Positions 1 to 9,405 of a stretch of DNA of 64,000 nucleotides are shown in pieces. A program made the translations under genes and the position numbers. The notes beneath the pieces were generated by a model. The model worked only from the letters and a program-made list of their open reading frames with translations. It was not told the origin of the DNA and did no database searches. The stretch's first letter is position 1; each line of letters starts with the position of its first letter. The DNA comes from Escherichia coli. Its GTDB lineage: Bacteria; Pseudomonadota; Gammaproteobacteria; Enterobacterales; Enterobacteriaceae. The stretch lies in assembly GCF_003019035.1 (NCBI RefSeq), contig NZ_CP027447.1; one strand, written 5' to 3'.

Positions 1-483
1 AAACTGAATCACCCCTTCTTCATTAAGATGCTGGCGCATTATTGCCGCTGCTTGCTGGCGTGTTTGTGCGTCTGATTCACTGACTGCGTTGATGGCCGCG
101 AAAATCTCATCATGACGGCGTACGTGATAGTCGACCGGCGCAATATCAATCGCCACCAGCTTGTCAATGCGATCGGGGGCTAGTGCAGTAAGAGCCATTA
201 CCGCTTTACCGCCCATGGAGTGACCGATAAATGTTGCTTTGTCGATCTGCTGTGCATCCAGGGTATCAACAAGATCCTGCGCCATCGCCGGGTAATTCAT
301 TACCGGATCTCTCGGTGAAAGACCGTGGTTACGCATATCAACCTGGATGATATTGTGATCGTTTACCAGATCGCGAGCCAGTACGCCAAGGTTGTCGAGG
401 CTGCCAAACAGACCATGGACAAGAACGATGGGAGAATTATTGTGCTGGTTTTGTGCAGTTTGCGCGCGGATATTCAATTTCAT
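1..483 (-). CDS. ybfF: Esterase YbfF (alpha/beta hydrolase), 3' end truncated by window start
   Basis: Minus-strand translation from ATG (rc of cat at 481-483) gives MKLNIRAQTAQNQHNNSPIVLVHGLFGS, the YbfF N-terminus; reading frame open to position 1. Confidence 0.85.
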   Translation of the reverse strand, partial: MKLNIRAQTAQNQHNNSPIVLVHGLFGSLDNLGVLARDLVNDHNIIQVDMRNHGLSPRDPVMNYPAMAQDLVDTLDAQQIDKATFIGHSMGGKAVMALTALAPDRIDKLVAIDIAPVDYHVRRHDEIFAAINAVSESDAQTRQQAAAIMRQHLNEEGVIQF

Positions 484-667
484 GGCAAAGTTCTTTTTTT
501 CGCGTTGTCGGGTTAGGGTATTATGTTGACCATTGTGCCACAGGGCTGCAACAAATAAGGTTTATTCCGAGTTTTTCTGCAAGCCAGGCTTGACGCTATC
601 CGCTGCCGGGATTTATTCATATACTCCTGGCGACTTGTATTCAGCTAAGACACTGCACTGGATTAAG

Positions 668-1213
668 ATGAAAACGATTGAAGTTGATGATGAACTCTAC
701 AGCTATATTGCCAGCCACACTAAGCATATCGGCGAGAGCGCATCCGACATTTTACGGCGTATGTTGAAATTTTCCGCCGCATCACAGCCTGCTGCTCCGG
801 TGACGAAAGAGGTTCGCGTTGCGTCACCTGCTATCGTCGAAGCGAAGCCGGTCAAAACGATTAAAGACAAGGTTCGCGCAATGCGTGAACTTCTGCTTTC
901 GGATGAATACGCAGAGCAAAAGCGAGCGGTCAATCGCTTTATGCTGCTGTTGTCTACACTATATTCTCTTGACGCCCAGGCGTTTGCCGAAGCAACGGAA
1001 TCGTTGCACGGTCGTACACGCGTTTACTTTGCGGCAGATGAACAAACGCTGCTGAAAAATGGTAATCAGACCAAGCCGAAACATGTGCCTGGTACGCCGT
1101 ATTGGGTGATCACCAACACCAACACCGGCCGTAAATGCAGCATGATCGAACACATCATGCAGTCGATGCAATTCCCGGCGGAATTGATTGAGAAGGTTTG
1201 CGGAACTATCTAA
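668..1213 (+). CDS. seqA: Replication initiation negative regulator SeqA (181 aa)
   Basis: ORF 533..1213 with internal start [33 protein letters not shown] matching SeqA; classical seqA-pgm arrangement. Confidence 0.95.
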
Positions 1214-1238
1214 AACGTTGCAGACAAAGGACAAAGCA

Positions 1239-2879
1239 ATGGCTATCCACAACCGTGCAGGCCAACCTGCACAACAGAGTGATTTGATTAACGTCGCCCA
1301 ACTGACGGCGCAATATTATGTACTGAAACCAGAAGCAGGGAATGCGGAGCACGCGGTGAAATTCGGTACTTCCGGTCACCGTGGCAGTGCAGCGCGCCAC
1401 AGCTTTAACGAGCCGCATATTCTGGCGATCGCTCAGGCAATTGCTGAAGAACGTGCGAAAAACGGCATCACTGGCCCTTGCTATGTGGGTAAAGATACTC
1501 ACGCCCTGTCCGAACCTGCGTTCATTTCCGTTCTGGAAGTGCTGGCAGCGAACGGCGTTGATGTTATTGTGCAGGAAAACAATGGCTTCACTCCGACGCC
1601 TGCCGTTTCCAATGCCATCCTGGTTCACAATAAAAAAGGTGGCCCACTGGCAGACGGTATCGTGATTACACCGTCCCATAACCCGCCGGAAGATGGTGGT
1701 ATCAAGTACAATCCGCCAAATGGTGGCCCGGCTGATACCAACGTCACTAAAGTGGTGGAAGATCGTGCCAACGCACTGCTGGCCGATGGCCTGAAAGGCG
1801 TGAAGCGTATCTCCCTCGACGAAGCGATGGCATCCGGTCATGTGAAAGAGCAGGATCTGGTGCAGCCGTTTGTGGAAGGTCTGGCCGATATCGTTGATAT
1901 GGCGGCGATTCAGAAAGCGGGCCTGACGCTGGGCGTTGATCCGCTGGGCGGTTCCGGTATCGAATACTGGAAGCGTATTGGCGAGTATTACAACCTTAAC
2001 CTGACCATCGTTAACGATCAGGTCGATCAAACCTTCCGCTTTATGCACCTCGATAAAGACGGCGCGATCCGTATGGACTGCTCCTCCGAGTGTGCGATGG
2101 CGGGTCTGCTGGCACTGCGTGATAAGTTCGATCTGGCGTTTGCTAACGACCCGGATTATGACCGTCACGGTATCGTCACTCCGGCAGGTTTGATGAATCC
2201 GAACCACTACCTGGCGGTGGCGATCAATTACCTGTTCCAGCATCGTCCGCAGTGGGGCAAAGATGTTGCCGTTGGTAAAACGCTGGTTTCTTCTGCGATG
2301 ATCGACCGTGTGGTCAATGATTTGGGCCGCAGGCTGGTGGAAGTGCCGGTAGGCTTCAAATGGTTTGTTGATGGCCTGTTCGACGGCAGCTTCGGCTTTG
2401 GCGGCGAAGAGAGCGCAGGGGCTTCCTTCCTGCGTTTCGACGGCACGCCGTGGTCCACCGATAAAGACGGCATCATTATGTGTCTGCTGGCGGCGGAAAT
2501 CACCGCTGTCACCGGTAAGAATCCGCAGGAACACTACAACGAACTGGCAAAACGCTTTGGTGCGCCGAGCTACAACCGTTTGCAGGCAGCTGCGACTTCC
2601 GCACAAAAAGCGGCGCTGTCTAAGCTGTCTCCGGAAATGGTGAGCGCCAGCACCCTGGCTGGTGACCCGATCACCGCGCGCCTGACGGCAGCACCGGGCA
2701 ACGGTGCTTCTATTGGCGGTCTGAAAGTGATGACTGACAACGGCTGGTTCGCCGCGCGTCCGTCAGGCACAGAAGACGCATACAAAATCTACTGCGAAAG
2801 CTTCCTTGGTGAAGAACATCGCAAGCAGATTGAGAAAGAAGCGGTTGAGATTGTTAGCGAAGTTCTGAAAAACGCGTAA
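1239..2879 (+). CDS. pgm: Phosphoglucomutase (546 aa)
   Basis: ORF 1188..2879; start at MAIHNRAGQ; phosphohexomutase motifs (TSGHRG, GGEESAG); length matches Pgm. Confidence 0.95.
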   Translation: MAIHNRAGQPAQQSDLINVAQLTAQYYVLKPEAGNAEHAVKFGTSGHRGSAARHSFNEPHILAIAQAIAEERAKNGITGPCYVGKDTHALSEPAFISVLEVLAANGVDVIVQENNGFTPTPAVSNAILVHNKKGGPLADGIVITPSHNPPEDGGIKYNPPNGGPADTNVTKVVEDRANALLADGLKGVKRISLDEAMASGHVKEQDLVQPFVEGLADIVDMAAIQKAGLTLGVDPLGGSGIEYWKRIGEYYNLNLTIVNDQVDQTFRFMHLDKDGAIRMDCSSECAMAGLLALRDKFDLAFANDPDYDRHGIVTPAGLMNPNHYLAVAINYLFQHRPQWGKDVAVGKTLVSSAMIDRVVNDLGRRLVEVPVGFKWFVDGLFDGSFGFGGEESAGASFLRFDGTPWSTDKDGIIMCLLAAEITAVTGKNPQEHYNELAKRFGAPSYNRLQAAATSAQKAALSKLSPEMVSASTLAGDPITARLTAAPGNGASIGGLKVMTDNGWFAARPSGTEDAYKIYCESFLGEEHRKQIEKEAVEIVSEVLKNA

Positions 2880-2896
2880 ACACATTTAATAAGAAA

Positions 2897-2926
2897 AAGG
2901 GCGGTCAGAAGATCGCCCTTTTTTAC
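2897..2926 (+). terminator. Rho-independent terminator downstream of pgm
   Basis: GC-rich hairpin aagggcggtcagaagatcgccctt followed by T-run. Confidence 0.75.
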
Positions 2927-2934
2927 TTATGACT

Positions 2935-3033
2935 GCCTGATGCGCTACGCTTATCAGGCTTGGGAAGATGGTGCAATGTATTGAATTTGCTCTATTTTGT
3001 AGGCCGGATAAGGCGTTCACGCCGCATCCGGCA
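2935..3033. repeat. REP/BIME element (two REP palindromes)
   Basis: gcctgatgcgctacgcttatcaggc and aggccggataaggcgttcacgccgcatccggca match the E. coli REP consensus. Confidence 0.8.
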
Positions 3034-3083
3034 TGAACAACGAGCGCTTTGCCAACAAACTGAATAGCTCAAGGGAATTCAAA

Positions 3084-3578
3084 ATGAAGACCAAAAGGAG
3101 TCTGGTCGTCAGAGTGGCATTAATTACCGCCACACTACTGCTGACAGCATGCGCCCAACCTGAACAATCATCATTAGCTGGTGACTGGTTACTGACCCCT
3201 AAAGATAAAACCAGAGGATTAACGGGGAGCATTGCGGTAAATATTGCGCCTTCCCGGTGTAAGACAAATTGCCGTGGCGATAACTTACCTGATAATACCC
3301 GCCGCTGGCAGTTGTCAGGCGGGAACGAAAAAGAACTTACTTATCTTCATGATATGTCAGCACAAGAAAAGACCGGTTTAAATCCTGAATGGCAATGCTA
3401 CACCTCATTTTTTATGGGGATTTGCCAGGGTAAGCCCGGCACTCGACCGATAGTTAATGAGGATTATGTCAGCGAAAGCGGATTTTTTGGCTCGATGATG
3501 CATGTAGGGATTATTGAGTTGCGACGCTGTCAGTCAGAAAATTGCCAGCAAGAATTGAAAGCGATAAACACACATTAA
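3084..3578 (+). CDS. ybfP: Lipoprotein YbfP (164 aa)
   Basis: Start MKTKRSLVVRVALITATLLLTAC has a lipoprotein signal with lipobox LLTAC; position after pgm. Confidence 0.85.
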   Translation: MKTKRSLVVRVALITATLLLTACAQPEQSSLAGDWLLTPKDKTRGLTGSIAVNIAPSRCKTNCRGDNLPDNTRRWQLSGGNEKELTYLHDMSAQEKTGLNPEWQCYTSFFMGICQGKPGTRPIVNEDYVSESGFFGSMMHVGIIELRRCQSENCQQELKAINTH

Positions 3579-3618
3579 AATAGCGAGTCCGGGAATGAAA
3601 CCCGGACCTGAACATGTC

Positions 3619-4269
3619 TTATTGCGTGATTGTTTCTTTCATTTGATACTGCATTTCCCAGAGTTCAGTAAGCGAAATAACTTTTCTTGTTCTTGCTTCT
3701 TCACATTGTACCCATAAGAAAGGGTAGAAAGTGAAGGCTTCCGTTGCCGATAATTTTATTACGTCTTCTTGCCATTGCGGCCAGCGTACATTTTCATAGA
3801 AGGTATCTAAATCACCGGATAATGCCCACTGAAGAAACTCAGAATATCCAACCTCCAGACTTTCCCAATTCAGCGTATCTGGCGCAAAATAATAAACGCA
3901 GCCAGTATCTTCCCCAAGATCGCCACCATTAAGAGCAAAAATTCCCCCTGCGACATCATCGGCGATGGGTAAAGCCCGCACGCTTGCGAATTCAGGGCGT
4001 TGTGTCCAACTTGCTGGATCTCGTGGTAACCGGGGGTGACCAGAGCCTGCTATGCGTAACCAACCGTTATCAATCAGCAGACCTCCGGAGCCATAGACAA
4101 GCGCACCCATCGGTGATTTTGTTGTAACCTGTAATTGATAAAGTGCGGTTTCGGCTAAATCTTTATTAACCGGTAAGAGTTCGGCATGGTTTGTGGCTTC
4201 TTTTAACCAATTCTGGATTATTGGCCAGGCTGAATCTTCAGTATTTACTAACTGACTCACTTCACGCAT
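3619..4269 (-). CDS. Conserved hypothetical protein (YbfG-like), apparently intact 216 aa
   Basis: ORF 3619..4377; preferred start MREVSQ at 4269 preceded by AAGGAG at 9-nt spacing; family assignment from synteny only. Confidence 0.55.
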   Translation of the reverse strand: MREVSQLVNTEDSAWPIIQNWLKEATNHAELLPVNKDLAETALYQLQVTTKSPMGALVYGSGGLLIDNGWLRIAGSGHPRLPRDPASWTQRPEFASVRALPIADDVAGGIFALNGGDLGEDTGCVYYFAPDTLNWESLEVGYSEFLQWALSGDLDTFYENVRWPQWQEDVIKLSATEAFTFYPFLWVQCEEARTRKVISLTELWEMQYQMKETITQ

Positions 4270-4391
4270 CGCTACTTGCTCCTTGTGTGCTACGGTGTCA
4301 TTTATGATGAGGCATTGTATGGGACATTTTTTAAATATTAAGTTCCTTATATTTGAATAAAAAATGACTTTATCCATACATTGCCACTTTT

Positions 4392-4530
4392 TTCAAAGCA
4401 TAAACCGATACCCAATACCGGTTTCAGTAATGAAATGGCGGGGCGGACGAGATCCTGTTCCAGTTTTTGTCGCAAATGCCTCATATAATTACGCAAATAG
4501 TTGCTGTGTTCGACCGCGTTTGGACCCTAC
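4392..4530 (-). pseudogene. Paralogous fragment of the kdpE 3' end (response-regulator C-terminal remnant)
   Basis: About 140 bp roughly 90 percent identical to kdpE 3' end at 8734-8875 (aaagcataaaccgatacccaataccggtttcagtaatgaaatggcgg...); no start codon or receiver domain. Confidence 0.8.
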
Positions 4531-4577
4531 ACCTGCCGGATGCGGCATAAATAACGAACTCTTTGTCAACAAACAGA

Positions 4578-4606
4578 AAGGGCGATCATTCAATCGCCCT
4601 TTTTTA
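4578..4606. terminator. Hairpin terminator between the kdpE fragment and potE, probably bidirectional
   Basis: aagggcgatcattcaatcgccct hairpin followed by T-run on plus strand, A-run on the other side. Confidence 0.65.
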
Positions 4607-4617
4607 TTTCGCTTTTT

Positions 4618-5937
4618 TTAACCGTGTTTATTTTTCAGTTCAAAGCGTGGAGATACCAGACCATACAGTGTCCAACCAAGGAAGGTCACGATGGAACCGT
4701 ACAGCATGGCTTCTTCCCCGGATGAGTACAGCGCATAGAAACTGTACATCGCACCAACAAAGGCAACAAAGTTTGCTACTTTCGCTTTTGACGGTGGCAC
4801 ATTGGCGACCTGCTGAATAATGACTAACGCCGCCATCGACAGAATATACGGGATGATATTGGTCACCACGGCCAGGTTAACCAGCACGTTGAACTGGCTG
4901 TTCAGTGACGGGCTAATGGTCATCAGTGCCAATCCACTCTGAATAATCACAATGGTCAACATTCCCTGAACCGGTGCATCCACTTTGGTTACACGGGAGA
5001 AAATTTTAGGGAAGTAGCCTTCATCAGATGAAGATTTAAACACCTGGGCAATGGTGAACTGCCAGCCAAGCAGTGAACCGCAGCAGGACATCACCATCAG
5101 CGCCATAATGACTTTACCCACTTCCGGCGTGAACATCTGTGCGAAGGCCAGGCCAAATGGTGCCGTTGAATTTGCCAGCTCCATATTGGGCACAATCCCG
5201 GCAATCACGTTGGTGGAGACGATATAAATCACTGCCGCACCTAACGTACCGCCAAGGACTGCTATTGGCACGTTACGTTCCGGGTTTTCCACTACTTCGG
5301 CGTTGGCACAGGCAGACTCCAGACCGAGGAAAGCCCACAACGTCATGGCGATGGAGGAACCTACAGCGCTAAAGAACGGTACATGATGAGGGTTCCATGA
5401 GTTAGCGTACAGCGTCGGGCTAAACCAGAACCAGCCGATAATGCACAGACCGACGACCGGAATAATGACCCCCCACACAGTAATGCTACTGATTTGCCCG
5501 GTAATGCGCGCACCACCAAAGTTAGCCACGGTACAAATCCACAGCACTCCGATGGTCGCAAGACCAATCTGCACTGGCGACAAACTCGCGCCGAGCAGTT
5601 CGGTGCCGTAACCAACCGCCGAAATAGCAATTGCGACGTTAGCAATCAGCAGCGAGACACCGTAGGTGTAGTTCGCCATAAAGTTACCGGATTTACCGAA
5701 AGCATACTCGGCATAACCGCCCATACCACCTGATTTACGGCTGAACATGCCGCATTTTGCGAATGCCCATGCCAGCGCCATTGAGCCTACGGCAGTCACC
5801 AACCAGGAGATTATTGAGATTGTCCCAACTTCGGCAAGCTTTGTCGGCAGCATGATGATACCGGAGCCCATCATGTTGACCATCGTCAGTATGGTTAACT
5901 GAACGACGCCCATTTTGTTCGATTTAGCCTGACTCAT
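4618..5937 (-). CDS. potE: Putrescine-ornithine antiporter PotE (439 aa)
   Basis: ORF with APC-family membrane protein sequence MSQAKSNKMGVVQLTILTMVNMMGSGIIMLP; overlaps speF stop by 4 nt. Confidence 0.95.
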   Translation of the reverse strand: MSQAKSNKMGVVQLTILTMVNMMGSGIIMLPTKLAEVGTISIISWLVTAVGSMALAWAFAKCGMFSRKSGGMGGYAEYAFGKSGNFMANYTYGVSLLIANVAIAISAVGYGTELLGASLSPVQIGLATIGVLWICTVANFGGARITGQISSITVWGVIIPVVGLCIIGWFWFSPTLYANSWNPHHVPFFSAVGSSIAMTLWAFLGLESACANAEVVENPERNVPIAVLGGTLGAAVIYIVSTNVIAGIVPNMELANSTAPFGLAFAQMFTPEVGKVIMALMVMSCCGSLLGWQFTIAQVFKSSSDEGYFPKIFSRVTKVDAPVQGMLTIVIIQSGLALMTISPSLNSQFNVLVNLAVVTNIIPYILSMAALVIIQQVANVPPSKAKVANFVAFVGAMYSFYALYSSGEEAMLYGSIVTFLGWTLYGLVSPRFELKNKHG

Positions 5938-8132
5938 AATTTTTCCCCTTTCAACAGGATGCTTTGCGCATCACGAGGCTTGATGACATAGCACCAAACT
6001 TGCTTACGACCATCATGTTCTTCGATATAGACACCCTGAAGCTCCGGTGCAAAACCTGGCAGCAGGTTGATCCCTTCTTCCAGAGCGCTGAAGTAACGCA
6101 GAACAGCACCACCCCAGATTTCACCCGGAACAACACACAGCACACCCGGAGGATAAGGAAGCGCACCTTCTGCAGCGATACGGCCTTCTGCATCCGGCAG
6201 ACGAACCAGCTCCACTTCACCGCGTAAATAGGCGTAGTTGGCTTCTTGTGGATTCATGCTGACACGTGGGAAGTGTTCCTTACGAAACATCTCTTTTTGC
6301 AGTTGTTTCACGTTGTGACGGGCATACAAATCATGCATTTCCTGACACAACTGACGCAGGGTATAACCGGTGTAGCGCTCTTCATGCTGTTTGTAGATGG
6401 AAGGCAGTACTTCTGATAATGGCGCGTCGGACTCAAGCAGTTTTTCGAAGCGTACCAGCAGAGCAGCAAGTTGCTGAAGTTTGGCCATATCTTCTGCCGG
6501 AGTCAGCAGAAAGAGGATGGAGTTAAGATCGCATTTTTCCGGCACTACGCCATTTTCGCGCAGGAAGTTAGCAAGAATCGTCGCGGGTACACCGAACGCT
6601 TCATATTCGCCGTTACGTGCATCAATACCTGGGGTTGTCAGCAACAGTTTGCACGGATCGACAAAGTATTGATTCTCTGCATAGCCTTCAAAAGAATGCC
6701 AGTGCTCACCTGGTACAAACTGGAAGAAGCGCAGATCAACCGCAATTTGCGCTGTTTCATACGACTGCCAGGGTTTACCATCCACCAGTTCAGGTACGAA
6801 TGGACGAATATGCTGACAGTTATCGAGGATCAGTTTGCGGGCATTAATGCCATTTACCACACAATCCATCCACATATTACGACCGCTGACACCTTCATGC
6901 ATTTTGGCGTTGATATCCAGTGCGGCAAACAGCGGATAGAACGGGCTGGTGGAGGCATGCATCATAAAGGCGTTGTTCATGCGTTTGTGCGGTACATAAC
7001 GCTGTTGCCCTTTGATATGGCTGTCTTTTTTATGGATTTGTGAAGTCTGGGAAAAACCAGCCTGCTGTTTATGCACAGATTGCGTAACCAGAATACCCGG
7101 ATCGTTCTCATTAAGATCCAGCAACAGTGGTGAACAGTCCGCCATCATCGGGATAAACTGCTCATAGCCGACCCATGCGGAGTCAAAGAGGATGTAGTCA
7201 CACAGATGACCAATTTTATCCACCACCTGACGGGCGTTATAAATCGTACCGTCGTAAGTGCCTAGCTGAATAACGGCGAGGCGGAAAGGACGCGCCTCTT
7301 TTGCCCGCTGCGGTGCGACTTCTGTAATCAGTTCGCGCAGGTAATTTTCTTCGAAGCAGTGGGCATCAATACCACCGATAAAGCCATACGGGTTGCGTGC
7401 GGTTTCCAGATAAACTGGTGTTGCGCCAGCCTGTAGCAACGCTCCGTGGTGATTAGATTTATGGTTATTACGGTCAAACAGCACCAGATCCCCCGGTGTT
7501 AACAGGGCGTTTAAAACCACTTTGTTAGAAGATGAAGTGCCATTTAGAACGAAGTATGTTTTATCGGCATTAAACACTTTTGCCGCATGTTGCTGTGCAA
7601 TGCATGGCGCGCCTTCGTGAATCAGCAGATCGCCCATTGCCACATCCGCGTTGCACAAGTCAGCACGGAACAGCGCCTCACCAAAGTATTCCACAAACTG
7701 ATTCCCCGCCGGATGGCGACGGAAAAATTCGCCGCCCTGATGACCGGGGCAATCAAACGCGCTGTTACCCTGATTGACATAATCGACCAGTGCGCGGAAG
7801 AAGGGCGGGCGCAGTTGAGTTTCATAATGGCTGGCTGCGGTTTCTAACTGACGACCATAAAATTCTCGTCGCGATTCGCAATTCTCAAAGACACCCGAAA
7901 TACGGGGCAAATACTCTGCGGGTACACGTTCTTGATTTTCAGTAGCAATAAATACCGGGATGCCATAACCCGTGGCATCGATTTCATCGAGTTTTCCGCG
8001 TGTAACATCGTTGAGCGATAAAACTATTGCCGCCACATCGATATTACTGTTTTCATTAATATAGATACATTCTCGCTGCGTGGTAAAACAGTCCGGGCAA
8101 GAATCACTAACCGCAATTTTTAATTTTGACAT
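5934..8132 (-). CDS. speF: Inducible ornithine decarboxylase SpeF (732 aa)
   Basis: ORF 5934..8210 with start at MSKLKIAVSDSCPDC; PLP-dependent Orn/Lys/Arg decarboxylase; speF-potE operon. Confidence 0.95.
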   Translation of the reverse strand: MSKLKIAVSDSCPDCFTTQRECIYINENSNIDVAAIVLSLNDVTRGKLDEIDATGYGIPVFIATENQERVPAEYLPRISGVFENCESRREFYGRQLETAASHYETQLRPPFFRALVDYVNQGNSAFDCPGHQGGEFFRRHPAGNQFVEYFGEALFRADLCNADVAMGDLLIHEGAPCIAQQHAAKVFNADKTYFVLNGTSSSNKVVLNALLTPGDLVLFDRNNHKSNHHGALLQAGATPVYLETARNPYGFIGGIDAHCFEENYLRELITEVAPQRAKEARPFRLAVIQLGTYDGTIYNARQVVDKIGHLCDYILFDSAWVGYEQFIPMMADCSPLLLDLNENDPGILVTQSVHKQQAGFSQTSQIHKKDSHIKGQQRYVPHKRMNNAFMMHASTSPFYPLFAALDINAKMHEGVSGRNMWMDCVVNGINARKLILDNCQHIRPFVPELVDGKPWQSYETAQIAVDLRFFQFVPGEHWHSFEGYAENQYFVDPCKLLLTTPGIDARNGEYEAFGVPATILANFLRENGVVPEKCDLNSILFLLTPAEDMAKLQQLAALLVRFEKLLESDAPLSEVLPSIYKQHEERYTGYTLRQLCQEMHDLYARHNVKQLQKEMFRKEHFPRVSMNPQEANYAYLRGEVELVRLPDAEGRIAAEGALPYPPGVLCVVPGEIWGGAVLRYFSALEEGINLLPGFAPELQGVYIEEHDGRKQVWCYVIKPRDAQSILLKGEKL

Positions 8133-8389
8133 TTTCCAACTCTTTATTTTTGGTAATAGCAGGTCCTCAATTTCTCGAATGAGAAATCGATCGTGCCGGA
8201 AAAAAAGCAAAGTTACCCTGCTGATAAATTAATCAGAAGTTTGCTTTTTTCAGAATGCAGAAACCCTTATCAGTCCGGTGGCTGATAATACAAGGGTTAA
8301 CAGAGAATGAGCACTGCGGAATACAGGCATATGCCTGTAATACAGAGAGTCAGGAAGACCTGTACGCTGAAGTGCCCTTAGTCGGTAGA

Positions 8390-8494
8390 CTAACGGGCAT
8401 TGAAGAAGTGAAAGTCGAAGCTATTGCGATGAGCAAACTTCATAATATGAGTTGTCCGCCTTATATGGGGCATAGTGCGGCTGTTATTTTCCAT
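8390..8494 (-). promoter_or_regulatory. speFL: speFL leader ORF encoding the ornithine-sensing arrest peptide (34 aa)
   Basis: Minus-strand translation is exactly MENNSRTMPHIRRTTHIMKFAHRNSFDFHFFNAR, upstream of speF. Confidence 0.85.
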
Positions 8495-8664
8495 TTAATT
8501 TACCTTTCCTGATGTGAATGAAGGTGAAGGTATTCTATCCAGGAAATACGGTTGAACTGTGAAGGTGATCAATAAAAAATGATCAATCTTAATTTATTTA
8601 ATGATGAGCTTTTTACTCAGTAATATAAAATATTGAATTGTTATTTTTGTGTGTTGTTTAAGAT

Positions 8665-8695
8665 AAAAAGCCGTATTTATTATTACGGCTTTAAT
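8665..8695 (-). terminator. Rho-independent terminator downstream of kdpE
   Basis: Hairpin gccgtatttattattacggc with T-run on the minus strand. Confidence 0.6.
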
Positions 8696-8727
8696 TAATA
8701 AAAGGCAGGATGTATTAAAATTAATAT

Positions 8728-9405
8728 TCAAAGCATAAACCGATACCCAATACCGGTTTCAGTAATGAAATGGCGGGGGCGAGCGGGATCCTGTTCCAGT
8801 TTTTGTCGCAGATGTCCCATATAAATACGCAAATAATGGCTGTGTTCGACCGCGTTTGGCCCCCACACCTGGTTAAGGAGCTGGCGCTGGGTGAGCACTT
8901 TTCCGGCATTGTTGAGCAGCACCGCCAGCAGGCGAAACTCAATCGGGGTGAGATGCACCTCTTCCTCACCGCGATGGATCACGCGGGCGGCTAAATCGAC
9001 GGTCACATCGGAAAATTTCACCAGCGGATCGGGCGCGGTGGTGGCGGAGTGGCGGCGTAAAGCGACGCGCAGACGGGCCTGCAATTCGCCAATGCCAAAC
9101 GGCTTACTCAGGTAATCATCCGCTCCGGCATCCAGCGCGGCGATTTTGTCGCTCTCTTCGCTGCGTGCGGAAAGCACAATCACCGGCACCGCGCTCCACT
9201 GGCGCAGGTCGCGGATAAACTCAATCCCATCACCATCGGGCAGGCCGAGATCGAGAATAATCAAATCTGGCTTACGGGTTGCCGCTTCCAGCAAGCCGCG
9301 TTGCAGCGTTTCGGCCTCAAAGACGCGCATCCCGTCGCCCTCCAGCGCCGTGCGCAGAAAGCGACGAATAGCCTGTTCATCTTCAACAATCAGAACGTTT
9401 GTCAC
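8728..9405 (-). CDS. kdpE: Response regulator KdpE (225 aa)
   Basis: [23 protein letters not shown] receiver domain plus winged-helix C-terminus; overlaps kdpD stop. Confidence 0.95.
   Translation of the reverse strand: MTNVLIVEDEQAIRRFLRTALEGDGMRVFEAETLQRGLLEAATRKPDLIILDLGLPDGDGIEFIRDLRQWSAVPVIVLSARSEESDKIAALDAGADDYLSKPFGIGELQARLRVALRRHSATTAPDPLVKFSDVTVDLAARVIHRGEEEVHLTPIEFRLLAVLLNNAGKVLTQRQLLNQVWGPNAVEHSHYLRIYMGHLRQKLEQDPARPRHFITETGIGYRFML

Noticed and set aside
325-516. 63-aa plus-strand ORF near window start
   Set aside because: Lies antisense within ybfF, whose minus-strand translation matches the known N-terminus.
1206-2606. 466-aa minus-strand ORF inside pgm
   Set aside because: Antisense shadow ORF wholly within a well-supported conserved gene; no RBS or homology support.
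4364-4621. 85-aa plus-strand ORF (ybfK-like) spanning the kdpE-fragment region
   Set aside because: It reads antisense across a duplicated kdpE 3' fragment and terminator; more likely an artefact than a gene.
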